Source: Gemmatimonadota bacterium (GTDB lineage: Bacteria > Gemmatimonadota > Gemmatimonadetes > Gemmatimonadales > GWC2-71-9). Taken from it: a DNA stretch of 64,000 bases. Numbering within the stretch: position 1 is the stretch's first letter; each line of letters opens with the position of its first letter. Positions 9,301 to 18,168 of the stretch are shown in pieces. A model generated the notes under the pieces. The model was not told where the DNA came from. It was given only the letters and a program-made list of their open reading frames with translations, and searched no databases. The stretch lies in the NCBI GenBank assembly GCA_003222085.1, contig QHUK01000048.1, positions 1,460 to 65,459 of the forward strand, written 5' to 3'. A program made the position numbers and the translations under genes.

Positions 9301-9380
9301 GACGTAAAGATGTGGGGGCGGACGTAAAGATGTAGGGACGGACGTAAAGATGTAGGGGCGCAGCATGCTGCGCCCCTACA
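9301..9380. repeat. GTAG-type REP palindrome preceded by three tandem 20-bp units
   Basis: GACGTAAAGATGT(G/A)GGG(G/A)CG x3 (9301-9360) runs into the perfect 30-bp palindrome TGTAGGGGCGCAGCA-TGCTGCGCCCCTACA (9351-9380). Confidence 0.85.
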
Positions 9381-9391
9381 CATCCTGTGAG

Positions 9392-9748
9392 TCATTTGCG
9401 TCGCACCAGCACCCCGTACGCCACAAGATTCACCAGCAGCACGAGCGTGCCCAGCACCGCCTGCGTGGGTCGGGCGAGCCCCGCCGGATAGAGCGCCGGA
9501 ATCACATAGTGCTCGACGAATCCGCCGCGATACCCTTCGAGGCCGGCGCGAGCGCGCAGCGCGTTCTCGAGCGGGGTGAGCGGACAGACCCAGCCGCCGT
9601 ACTCGATGGCGATCCCCCACAACGCGCACGGGACGTGCGCCAGCACCACCCAGCGCCACCGCCACGTGAGGAACCCGCCCAGCACCACGAACGTGACGAA
9701 CGCCACGTGCACCAGCACGACGCAATCGGCGAGAATGCGGTAGAGCAT
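9392..9748 (-). CDS. DUF2784 family membrane protein
   Basis: MLYRILADCVVLVH...FVVLGG, CPLTPLEN, GGFVEHY and LYP motifs. Confidence 0.85.
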   Translation of the reverse strand: MLYRILADCVVLVHVAFVTFVVLGGFLTWRWRWVVLAHVPCALWGIAIEYGGWVCPLTPLENALRARAGLEGYRGGFVEHYVIPALYPAGLARPTQAVLGTLVLLVNLVAYGVLVRRK

Positions 9749-9771
9749 CTTCAAGCTCCCCTTATACGACG

Positions 9772-9803
9772 AAAACCCCCGCCGGACCAGAGTCCGGCGG
9801 GGG
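9772..9803 (-). terminator. Rho-independent terminator
   Basis: 12-bp stem CCCCCGCCGGAC/GTCCGGCGGGGG, 4-nt loop, TTTT on the minus strand, 20 nt downstream of the 9824 stop. Confidence 0.75.
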
Positions 9804-9823
9804 CTCGTATTCCCACGCGCGGT

Positions 9824-10996
9824 CTAGGCGCCCATCAGACGCTGGCAGGGGCTGAACAGACTCTCGATCGCGAACTCGATAGCCCGAGGGAGTCCGAACA
9901 AATTCCCGAACGCCTGACTCTCCGCCGACGAGAGCTCGCTGCCGTCGGCGTGGCGCACCGCGATCCCGTTGTCGGTCCCGCTGATACGGGCCCAGGGCAC
10001 GTCGTTCACGTCGACGGTCACATCCAGCGTCACCGTCTCCGTCCCCGCCGACAGCAGGGCGATGGTAATAGCGCCGTGCATGGACACCGTCTGGGCGCCG
10101 TGGGTGACGCTGCAATCGGTGATCGTGAGGGTGAGGTGGTTCGCGTCGGGCAGCACGACCATCTCGCGTAGCACGACGTGAATGGCCGGATTGTCCAGGT
10201 CCCACGTGATATCGATCTCGACGTCGGCATTGTCGGTGTCGAGCTGCGTCGCCCCAAACGTCGCGCTGAACGTGAGTGTGTGCGTGCCGTCGCTCACGAA
10301 CCCGGCCGCCGTCGCAGTGAACGCGGACGCCGGGTTGCCGGTGACCTGACCGCTCACGGTGTAGTCGGCGTACACGGTGCCGGGACTCGCGGGTGTGCCG
10401 CCGCTGACGATGACATGGAGCTTGTCGACGGCCGGCGCTGTGGTGCTCTCATCCACGAGATCGACGAAGCCCGTGGCCGTGAGCGGAGTCTCGACGACGT
10501 CATGGGTGAACGGGTCCACGGCATACAGGATGATTCGGACCCGGTCGGCTGAAGCCGCCGGGGTGAAGGTCCCGTCTTGCTCGTATGCGTGGGTGGTCGT
10601 GTTCCACACCCAGGTCGTGCCGAGCAAGGGCTGGGGGACGACGCTGGCACTGATCCCGCCGGCGAAAGTCGCCGCGCTGCGGCGCAGCGCCAGCAGGCGC
10701 GCCGCCGTGTTCGCGTCGAGTGTGCTCGATGTGCGCGGCGGCATGATCGGGGCGGCGCGGAGCAGCGCGCCGACTCGACTCGGCGCCGCCGCCGGCGAGC
10801 CCGTCGCGGCGCTCACCGCGCTGAAGCTCAGAAACGTGGGCGACAACAGCACGTCGGACACGGTCAGCAGATCGCTGGTCAAGCCCGCGGGGTCGGACAG
10901 CTGAGCCTGTGGGCCCGTGCTCTCTTTGCACGCTGCGACGACGAGGACGGCGGCGACCGCGAGGCCCCACCGCGTGTGACGGTGATGTGCTGGCAT
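9824..10996 (-). CDS. Hypothetical beta-rich lipoprotein
   Basis: RBS GGAGGAG; lipobox VVAA-C; Thr/Val-rich sequence. Confidence 0.75.
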   Translation of the reverse strand: MPAHHRHTRWGLAVAAVLVVAACKESTGPQAQLSDPAGLTSDLLTVSDVLLSPTFLSFSAVSAATGSPAAAPSRVGALLRAAPIMPPRTSSTLDANTAARLLALRRSAATFAGGISASVVPQPLLGTTWVWNTTTHAYEQDGTFTPAASADRVRIILYAVDPFTHDVVETPLTATGFVDLVDESTTAPAVDKLHVIVSGGTPASPGTVYADYTVSGQVTGNPASAFTATAAGFVSDGTHTLTFSATFGATQLDTDNADVEIDITWDLDNPAIHVVLREMVVLPDANHLTLTITDCSVTHGAQTVSMHGAITIALLSAGTETVTLDVTVDVNDVPWARISGTDNGIAVRHADGSELSSAESQAFGNLFGLPRAIEFAIESLFSPCQRLMGA

Positions 10997-11133
10997 GCTG
11001 CTCCTCCAAAGTGGGGACGTGGGGCAGGGCCGGGGCGGGGTGCTCGGGCCTCGTCCAAGTTGCAACGTACCCCGGAACGCCGCCATCGGACCGTGACGGG
11101 GCGCACGGTGCGAGCGGCTTGACGCGGCGCGAG

Positions 11134-12192
11134 TTAGGTGATGACACCCCCGCCGAGCAGGCGGCCGTCCGGGTCGTACAGGGCGCCCGACTGTCCCGGG
11201 GTGATCGCTCGCACCGGCTGGGCGAGATCGACGGCGATCGTCCCGCCCGTAACCTCCCGCACGCGGCCGGGCACGGCCGGGGCCCGGTAGCGGCACTGCA
11301 TCAGGACCCCATCGCCCGGCGCCCGCGGCTCGGCGAGCCAGTTCACTTCGCCGAGCGTCACGGTGTGGCCGAACAGCTCGTCCCCGGAACCGATCACGAC
11401 CTCGCGCGTCTCGGGTCGTATCGCCACCACGTACATCGGCTCGCGGAATCCGCCGGGGAGCCCGCGACGCTGCCCGATGGTATAGCGCGCGAAGCCCGCG
11501 TGCTCCCCCACCACCGCGCCGCCGGCGGTCACGAGCGGCCCCGGAGTGAGGGCGGGCGCGTCGGCGGGCAGATGACGCTCGAGCACGCCCACGTAGTCAT
11601 CGTCGGGGACGAAGCAGATCTCCACGGACTCCACCTTGTCGGCGGTCACGAGGCCGAGCCGGCGGGCGACGTCCCGCGTCTCGCGCTTGCTGAGCGCCCC
11701 GACGGGGGTGAGCATCCGGGCGACCACGGTCCGGTCGATGCCCCAGAGGAAGTATGACTGATCCTTGCGGGGATCGCGCCCGCGAAACAGCGCTCCGTCC
11801 CGGGCGATCGCGTAATGGCCGGTGGCGATGTACGCGCAGTCGAGCGCGTCCGCGTGGTACAGGAAGTCGCGGAACTTGGTGAACGAGTTACAGCGCACGC
11901 AGGGGATCGGGGTGCGGCCGCGGGCGTACTCGGCGACGAAATTCGCGATCACGTCGCGGCCGAAGCGGTCCTCGAAATTCAGGACGTAGTGCGGGATCCC
12001 GAGCTTGTGCGCCACCAGCCGGGCGTCGGTGATCGAATCGAGGGAGCAGCAGGGACGGTCGGGGACGGCGTCGCCGTAGCAGAACAGCTTCATGGTGGCG
12101 CCCACGACGTCGTACCCCGCCTCGACCAGCAAGGCGGCGGCTACGGACGAGTCCACGCCGCCCGACATCGCGACGAGAACGCGCTCCCTCAC
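11134..12192 (-). CDS. mnmA: tRNA 2-thiouridine(34) synthase
   Basis: AMSGGVDSS PP-loop, TPIPCVRCN, ATGHY, KDQSYFL, ICF, YTIGQRRG, TPGQ. Confidence 0.95.
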   Translation of the reverse strand: MRERVLVAMSGGVDSSVAAALLVEAGYDVVGATMKLFCYGDAVPDRPCCSLDSITDARLVAHKLGIPHYVLNFEDRFGRDVIANFVAEYARGRTPIPCVRCNSFTKFRDFLYHADALDCAYIATGHYAIARDGALFRGRDPRKDQSYFLWGIDRTVVARMLTPVGALSKRETRDVARRLGLVTADKVESVEICFVPDDDYVGVLERHLPADAPALTPGPLVTAGGAVVGEHAGFARYTIGQRRGLPGGFREPMYVVAIRPETREVVIGSGDELFGHTVTLGEVNWLAEPRAPGDGVLMQCRYRAPAVPGRVREVTGGTIAVDLAQPVRAITPGQSGALYDPDGRLLGGGVIT

Positions 12193-12212
12193 CGCGCCAC
12201 CCCCCCCAAAGG

Positions 12213-12330
12213 CGAAACGCGGAACGCGGAACGCGGAACAGAGCGCGCGATCGTCGAGATGCGAGGCCGGCTCTTGCGAGGGAACTCGCCCCTGCTGTTC
12301 CGCGTTCCGCATTCCGCGTTCCACGTTTCG
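12213..12330. repeat. Heptamer tandem-inverted element, GGAACGC type
   Basis: GAAACGC (GGAACGC)2 GGAACAG ... CTGTTCC GCGTTCC GCATTCC GCGTTCC ACGTTTCG; begins 1 nt after the iscS stop. Confidence 0.9.
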
Positions 12331-12331
12331 A

Positions 12332-13507
12332 TCATCGGTGCAAGACCGCAGCCAGTGCCCTGACCTTTTCGACAATCTTGGGGAGCGCGCCGACAACCGC
12401 CTCCACGTCCTCCGCCGTGTTCTGCTTGCCGAACGAGAACCGCAGGGCGGCGACGCCCAGCTCCCGCGGCACGCCCATGGCCGTGAGTACGTGCGACGGC
12501 TCGACCGCCCCGGTCGAGCACGCGGAACCCGAGGAGCAGGCGATCCCCGCGAGGTCGAGGTGCATCAGCAGCGCCTCGCTGTCGGTACCGGGAATCGACA
12601 CGCTCGTGACGTGGGGGGCCCGCCGGCCGTGAGCGCCGTTGATCACGGCGTCGGGCACGACGGCGAGCAGCCGGCGCTCGAGCTCGTCGCGCAGCGCGGC
12701 CGCACGGGCGGCGAACGCCGCCTGCTCGCGGGCCGCCAGCTCCACGGCCGCCCCGAGCCCCACGATCCCCGGCACGTTCTCCGTGCCCGGCCGGATACCG
12801 AACTGCTGGCCGCCGCCGTGGAGGATCGCTTCAACGGCGTGGCGATCCCGCACGACCAGGGCCCCGATGCCCTTGGGGGCGCCGATCTTGTGGCCGGAGA
12901 TGGTGAAGAGCGTGCAGGCGACGTCGTGCAGCGACGCGGGGATCTTTCCGAACGCCTGCACCCCGTCCACGTGGAACGGGACGCCGGCCTCGCGACATCG
13001 TGCCGCGAGCCGGCCGACCGGCTGGACCACGCCGATCTCGTTGTTCACCCACATCACGCTCACCACGGCCACGCCCCGCGCGAGCGCCTCGCCGAGGGCG
13101 TCCTCCGACACCTCGCCGAGTCCGTTCACGGGGAGAATGATCTCCTCGCCCCCGAGATGCGCCACCGCATGCGCCGCCGCCAGCACCGCCTTGTGCTCGA
13201 TCGCCGACACCGCGATGCGGAACGGACCACCGCGCTCGCGCGCCGCCAGCGCGCATCCGATGACCGCCAGGTTGTCCGCCTCGGTGCCTCCGGACGTGAA
13301 GATCACCTGGCCCGGGTCGACACCGAGCGCCGCGGCGATGCTGCGCTTGGCCTCCTCCACGCCGGCCCGCGCCGCCCGCCCGAAGCGGTGAGGGGAGGAT
13401 GGATTCCCGAAGGCGTCCGGCCCCAGATAGGGCAGCATCGCCTCGAGCACCTCCGGGCGTACCGGCGTGGTGGCCGCGTTGTCGAGGTAGACCAGGCGCT
13501 TGGGCAT
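12332..13507 (-). CDS. iscS: Cysteine desulfurase (IscS/NifS group I)
   Basis: YLDNAATT, GNPSS, FTSGGTEADN, SGHKIGAPKG (PLP Lys), SSGSACS (catalytic Cys). Confidence 0.92.
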   Translation of the reverse strand: MPKRLVYLDNAATTPVRPEVLEAMLPYLGPDAFGNPSSPHRFGRAARAGVEEAKRSIAAALGVDPGQVIFTSGGTEADNLAVIGCALAARERGGPFRIAVSAIEHKAVLAAAHAVAHLGGEEIILPVNGLGEVSEDALGEALARGVAVVSVMWVNNEIGVVQPVGRLAARCREAGVPFHVDGVQAFGKIPASLHDVACTLFTISGHKIGAPKGIGALVVRDRHAVEAILHGGGQQFGIRPGTENVPGIVGLGAAVELAAREQAAFAARAAALRDELERRLLAVVPDAVINGAHGRRAPHVTSVSIPGTDSEALLMHLDLAGIACSSGSACSTGAVEPSHVLTAMGVPRELGVAALRFSFGKQNTAEDVEAVVGALPKIVEKVRALAAVLHR

Positions 13508-13524
13508 GCGGGGAAATCTAGAAG

Positions 13525-14253
13525 CTAGAGGGATTGCACGCCAAGCCGTACGACGTCGTCGACGGCGAGCGTTTCGTGGCAGAAGAACGGCTCGCCGTAC
13601 GCCACGCGGATCAGCGAGCCGTAGTGCGCCGACTGGATCCGGATCAGCTCGTAGAGATCCTGCCCCGTGGGGTGGATCTCCCCTGCCGCCTTGGCGCCGT
13701 CGAACTGCGACGCGTAGCAGCGGATCGCCGCCATTTTCGTGTCGAAGCTGTCGGAGATGTCCACGACAAACGACGGCTTCACCGGGTCCTCGCGGTACGC
13801 GAGCGCATAGAGGACTTTGAACGGCCGGTGCGGGGCGGCCGCGCCCGCGGGTCCGTACTTGGCGAGCCCGGCGAGATAGCAGGCGTCGCGGCCCAGCTCG
13901 GACGCGATGCGATGGTCCGGGTGCCGGCCGACCGGGAAGGGAAGAATCACGACACGCGGCTGTGCTTGACGTATCAGCGTGACGACGTTCAGGCGTGACG
14001 CCTCATTGTTTTCCAGGTGGGCGTCGGGGAGCCCGGCATTGAGCCGCAGCTGCACGCCGAGCGTCCGCGCGGCGCGCTCGGCCTCTGCGGCGCGAAGGCC
14101 TGCGTCGCCGCGGGTGCCGGCCTCCCCCTGGGTCAGGTCGAGGATCCCGACGCGATGGCCCGCCCGTACGGCCTTGGCGAGGGTGCCGCCGCAGGTCAGT
14201 TCCACATCGTCGCGGTGGGCGGCGATTGCGAGAAGATCCACGGTTTGCGTCAA
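13525..14253 (-). CDS. bshB1: Bacillithiol biosynthesis deacetylase (PIG-L family)
   Basis: AHRDDVELTCGGT, DLTQGEAGTRG, RHPDH, YASQF, YGEPF; RBS GGAGG with TTG start. Confidence 0.85.
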   Translation of the reverse strand: MTQTVDLLAIAAHRDDVELTCGGTLAKAVRAGHRVGILDLTQGEAGTRGDAGLRAAEAERAARTLGVQLRLNAGLPDAHLENNEASRLNVVTLIRQAQPRVVILPFPVGRHPDHRIASELGRDACYLAGLAKYGPAGAAAPHRPFKVLYALAYREDPVKPSFVVDISDSFDTKMAAIRCYASQFDGAKAAGEIHPTGQDLYELIRIQSAHYGSLIRVAYGEPFFCHETLAVDDVVRLGVQSL

Positions 14254-14270
14254 AAAGGACCTCCTCTCGT

Positions 14271-14347
14271 CGGGAAACGGGACACGGGAAACGGGACACG
14301 GTGGTCACCAGAGGTCACGTTTTCCGTTTCCCCTTTCCCGTTTCCCG
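14271..14347. repeat. Heptamer tandem-inverted element, CGGGAAA type
   Basis: CGGGAAA CGGGACA CGGGAAA CGGGACA CG, 17-nt loop, CG TTTTCCG TTTCCCC TTTCCCG TTTCCCG; 1 nt after permease stop. Confidence 0.9.
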
Positions 14348-14348
14348 A

Positions 14349-15593
14349 CTATTCGTACCTCAACGCCTCAACCGGATCCAGCCTGGCGGCTCTCGCCGCC
14401 GGGGCGATCCCGAAGACGAGCCCGACCGCGATCGACACGACCGTCGCGATCGCGGCGCTCCACACCGGCACGGTCGTGCTGAAGTCGAGCAGGCGCTTGA
14501 GGAACTCCCCGGTGCCGATCCCCACGATGATGCCGAGGATGCCGCCCATCAAGGTCAGCGTCGCCGCCTCCACCAGGAACTGCCACAGGACATCCCGGCG
14601 CGTCGCGCCCATGGCCTTGCGCAGTCCGATCTCCCGCGTTCGGCTCGTCACCGACACCATCATGATCGCCATCACCCCGATCCCGCCCACGAGGAGCGCG
14701 ATGCTCGAGAGCACGAGCATGACGAAAAAGAACGCGAACGTCAGGCTGTCGAAGATGCCGAGGACCTGGTCCGACGTCAGCAAGTCGAAGGTGTTGGGCT
14801 CGCCGACGCGCAGCCCCCGCAGGCGCCGCAGCTGCAGCGTGGCGGCGTCCATCGCACGCGCGACGCTCACCTCGGGCCGCGGCTTGACGAGGATGATCAG
14901 GCCGTTCACCCGGTCGATCGGGAAGCGCGCGTGAGCCGCCTCGAACGGCACGATGCCCGCGATCTCGGGTGCACCCGGCACCTCGAAGATGTTGGTGGGT
15001 CGCTGCCACACCCCGACCGCGCGGAAGGGGCGGCCGCCGATCCGGACGACCTCGCCGATCGGGTCGTGCGCCCCGAACAGCCGGTCCACCGTGCGCTGCT
15101 CGATGACCGCCACGGGCGCCCCGCTCCGCAGCTCCGCCGTCGTAAACACCCGGCCCGCGACCAGCCCGCCGCCCAGGATTTCCATGTACCGATCGTCGGC
15201 GCCGAACACCCCGAGAACCTGGGTGCGGTTGCCGGCGTACTCGAAGCGGTGGAACACCTGCGTCCAGATCGCCGCGTAGTGGATCTCGGGCAAGCGAGCG
15301 ATCGCTTCGGCCTCCTGTGGTGTCAGGGCCGGCCGGATCCGTACCTCGCGTGGCAAGGCGTCCGGATTGAGCGGTGTCGACGAGAAAAACCGGAGGACGC
15401 GAAACGTGGTGGGTCCGACGACCTCGAGCGTGTTGACGATCTGCTCCCGGAAGCCCGCCACGATCGACGCCATGGCCATGACCGTGGCGATCCCGATGAC
15501 GACGCCGAGGATGGTGAGCCCGGAGCGCAGCTTGTTGACCCGGAGCTGGTCGACCGCGATCAGCCAGCCTTCACGGATGGAGTGGAGCGCCAT
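14349..15593 (-). CDS. MacB/FtsX-type ABC permease (type B, copy 3)
   Basis: LTILGVVIG TM1, large periplasmic domain, VGGIGVMAIMMVSVTSRTREIGLRKAMGA, ends LDPVEALRYE. Confidence 0.93.
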   Translation of the reverse strand: MALHSIREGWLIAVDQLRVNKLRSGLTILGVVIGIATVMAMASIVAGFREQIVNTLEVVGPTTFRVLRFFSSTPLNPDALPREVRIRPALTPQEAEAIARLPEIHYAAIWTQVFHRFEYAGNRTQVLGVFGADDRYMEILGGGLVAGRVFTTAELRSGAPVAVIEQRTVDRLFGAHDPIGEVVRIGGRPFRAVGVWQRPTNIFEVPGAPEIAGIVPFEAAHARFPIDRVNGLIILVKPRPEVSVARAMDAATLQLRRLRGLRVGEPNTFDLLTSDQVLGIFDSLTFAFFFVMLVLSSIALLVGGIGVMAIMMVSVTSRTREIGLRKAMGATRRDVLWQFLVEAATLTLMGGILGIIVGIGTGEFLKRLLDFSTTVPVWSAAIATVVSIAVGLVFGIAPAARAARLDPVEALRYE

Positions 15594-15594
15594 G

Positions 15595-16839
15595 CTACTC
15601 GGCGCGCAGCGCTTCGATCGGGTCGAGGCGCGCCGCGCGGTGCGCCGGGTAGACGCCGAACACGATGCCCACGCTGACGCCGAGGCCGAGCGCCACGGCC
15701 ACCGACCACCCCGTCACGCGGGCGGGCAGAGGCGAAGCGATCTCCACCAGGGCGGCGAGCGCGCTGCCGCCGAGCAGTCCGGCGACGCCGCCGAGCAGGG
15801 AGAGCATGGCCGACTCCGCGAGGAACTGGCGCCGAATGTCGCGCCGGGATGCACCGAGCGATTTGAGGATCCCGATCTCGCGCGTCCGCTCGGTGACGCT
15901 CATCAGCATGATGTTCATGATCACGATGCCGCCCACCACGATTCCGATCGCCACCACGGCCGGCACGACCGTGAAGATCACCCGGGTGAGCTTGGCCCAA
16001 AACGCGATCAACCCCTCGCCGGTATCGACCGTAAAGTCGTCCTCCTGTCCCGGCCGGAGCCGGTGCGCGATGCGCATCGCCTCCTCGGCGCGGAGCATAC
16101 CGTCCGCCACGCCCGCGGCCGCCGGCATCTTGACCGAGATCACGGTGGTTTGACGCCGTCCGTACAGCGCCTCGAAGGTCGTGAGCGGGAGCATGACGAA
16201 CCCATCCCAGGACTGCCCCAGCACCGTGCCCTTCTTGGCGATGACACCCTTGACCGTGACCTGCGCACCGCGGACGCGAATGGCGCTCCCGACGGCGAGC
16301 TCGGGCGCGCCGAACAGCTTCTCGGCCACGTCGAAGCCGAGCACCGCCACGAGCCGCCGCTGCCGCTGGTCCACGTCGGTGAATGGCGTCCCGGCCGCAA
16401 AGGCATAGTCCTGCACGACGACGAACGGCGGCGTGACGCCGAAGACGAGGACATCCCCCACCGTGCGGTTTCGCCACTGCACATCCGCCATCGGGGTCGG
16501 CCACCCGGATTGCAGGGAGATCGCCCGCGCGTCGGGCAACGCCCGTGCCACGTAGGAGACATCTTCGGGCGCGATGATCGGCCGGCGTTGGATTTTCCGC
16601 CATTCCTCGTCGTCGATGAACCCGACCTGGATCGGGTCCCGGCGGATCTGAAAGGCGTTCACCCCGACGATCGCGCCCGCGATGCGCTCGCGCACGTACG
16701 CGTTCATCCCCTGGATGACGGCCACGACCGCAACGAGGAAGCCGACCGACACGATGATCCCGAGCAGCGTGAAGAACGAGCGGAGCTTGTGGCTCCACGC
16801 GGTCTGGAGCGCCTGGAGAATGGCTTCGGAGAGGGGCAT
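15595..16839 (-). CDS. MacB/FtsX-type ABC permease (type A, copy 3)
   Basis: KLRSFFTLLG, VGGIVIMNIMLMSVTERTREIG, ends LDPIEALRAE. Confidence 0.93.
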   Translation of the reverse strand: MPLSEAILQALQTAWSHKLRSFFTLLGIIVSVGFLVAVVAVIQGMNAYVRERIAGAIVGVNAFQIRRDPIQVGFIDDEEWRKIQRRPIIAPEDVSYVARALPDARAISLQSGWPTPMADVQWRNRTVGDVLVFGVTPPFVVVQDYAFAAGTPFTDVDQRQRRLVAVLGFDVAEKLFGAPELAVGSAIRVRGAQVTVKGVIAKKGTVLGQSWDGFVMLPLTTFEALYGRRQTTVISVKMPAAAGVADGMLRAEEAMRIAHRLRPGQEDDFTVDTGEGLIAFWAKLTRVIFTVVPAVVAIGIVVGGIVIMNIMLMSVTERTREIGILKSLGASRRDIRRQFLAESAMLSLLGGVAGLLGGSALAALVEIASPLPARVTGWSVAVALGLGVSVGIVFGVYPAHRAARLDPIEALRAE

Positions 16840-16854
16840 GGCGCTAAAACCTAA

Positions 16855-16931
16855 CGGGAAACGGGACACGGGAAACGGGAAACGTGCGTGTCGACGCCAT
16901 ACGTTTCCCGTTTCCCCTTTCCCGTTTCCCG
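16855..16931. repeat. Heptamer tandem-inverted element, CGGGAAA type
   Basis: CGGGAAA CGGGACA CGGGAAA CGGGAAA CGT ... ACG TTTCCCG TTTCCCC TTTCCCG TTTCCCG; 1 nt after permease stop. Confidence 0.9.
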
Positions 16932-16932
16932 T

Positions 16933-18168
16933 CTATTCGTATCTCAGCGCCTCGACCGGGTCGAGCCGCGCCGCCCTGCTGGCCGGATACAGGCCGAAGC
17001 CGATCCCGGTGAGGGCCGACGCACCCAGCGCAGCGACGATCGACCACAGCGGGACGTGGGCCGGGATCGGCGTGAGGCGGGAGACCGTGAACGTGACGCC
17101 GCCGCCCACGAGCATCCCGACGGCGCCCCCCACCAGGGTGAGGGTCGAGGCCTCGACGAGGAACTGCCACAGGATCGCGCGCCGCGTCGCTCCGAGCGCC
17201 TTGCGGACGCCGATCTCCCGGGTGCGCTCGGTCACGGAGATCATCATGATCGCGACCACGCCGACGCCCCCCACGATTAGGCCGATGGACGAGAGCACGA
17301 GCATCACGAGGAAGAACATGCCGCTGATCTTGTTCCAGGAGTCCAGCAACTTGTCTTGCGTGACGATCGAGAAGTTGTTCTCCTGCCCTGGCTTGAGCCC
17401 GCGAAGGGAGCGTAGTGTGGCCACCACCTCGTCCATCGCCTCCTGTTGGGTGTAGGCGGGTCCCGGCGCGACCGCGAGCCGCATCAATCCCCTCACATAC
17501 GGCACGTGTTTGACGAACGCGCCGTGCGGGATGCCGACGAACGGGGGCGTCGCACCGCTGAACAGGTTCGGCGGCGGCACGTAGACGCCGATCACCTTGA
17601 ACGAGGCACCCGCGACATGGATCGTCTGGCCGATCGGGTCGCGCCCGCGGAACAGCTGCTCCTCGAGTTTCGTGTTGATGACCGCCACGGGATCGTTGGC
17701 CAGATCTTCCAGTCGCGTGAACGTGCGCCCGGGATGGACGTCGCCGCCGTTCACCTCCACCCATTGTGCGGACAACCCCGACACCTCGACTGATTCGAGG
17801 CGTCGATCGCCGTACTCCACGGTCGCGGAGCTTTCGTCGCGCCGAGTGACGTAGCGCACGGAAGGCAGCAGGGCGATCCGGTCCGCCTCGACCTCCACGA
17901 TCTCCGGATTCCGCCGCCAGGGGCTGGATTCGTCGGAGCCGTCCGAGACGTTCACCCCCCCCTGGAAAAAGCGCCACACCAGAAACGTCCGCGGGGCGAT
18001 GGATTCGATCACGCTCGAGACGCTCTGGTTGATCCCGCTGATCATCGCGGCGATCACCATGACGACCGTCACGCCGATGGCCACGCCCAGAATCGTCAAC
18101 GCCGCCCGCCGCTTGTTGCCGCGCAGCGAATCGAGCGCGATGCCGACCCCTTCGAAGAGGGCGGTCAC
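16933..18168 (-). CDS. MacB/FtsX-type ABC permease (type B, copy 2)
   Basis: MTALFEGVGIAL...RAALTILGVAIG; GVVAIMMISVTERTREIG; LDPVEALRYE. Confidence 0.93.
   Translation of the reverse strand: MTALFEGVGIALDSLRGNKRRAALTILGVAIGVTVVMVIAAMISGINQSVSSVIESIAPRTFLVWRFFQGGVNVSDGSDESSPWRRNPEIVEVEADRIALLPSVRYVTRRDESSATVEYGDRRLESVEVSGLSAQWVEVNGGDVHPGRTFTRLEDLANDPVAVINTKLEEQLFRGRDPIGQTIHVAGASFKVIGVYVPPPNLFSGATPPFVGIPHGAFVKHVPYVRGLMRLAVAPGPAYTQQEAMDEVVATLRSLRGLKPGQENNFSIVTQDKLLDSWNKISGMFFLVMLVLSSIGLIVGGVGVVAIMMISVTERTREIGVRKALGATRRAILWQFLVEASTLTLVGGAVGMLVGGGVTFTVSRLTPIPAHVPLWSIVAALGASALTGIGFGLYPASRAARLDPVEALRYE

Noticed and set aside
9301-9360. Three 20-bp direct repeats as a mini CRISPR array
   Set aside because: Units are contiguous with no spacers, and there are no cas genes; better explained as REP-junction triplication.
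11013-11040. G-quadruplex-like G-runs upstream of a lipoprotein, and the (GGGGGC)n tract at 60961-60993
   Set aside because: G-runs are frequent at this GC content; no independent support for function.
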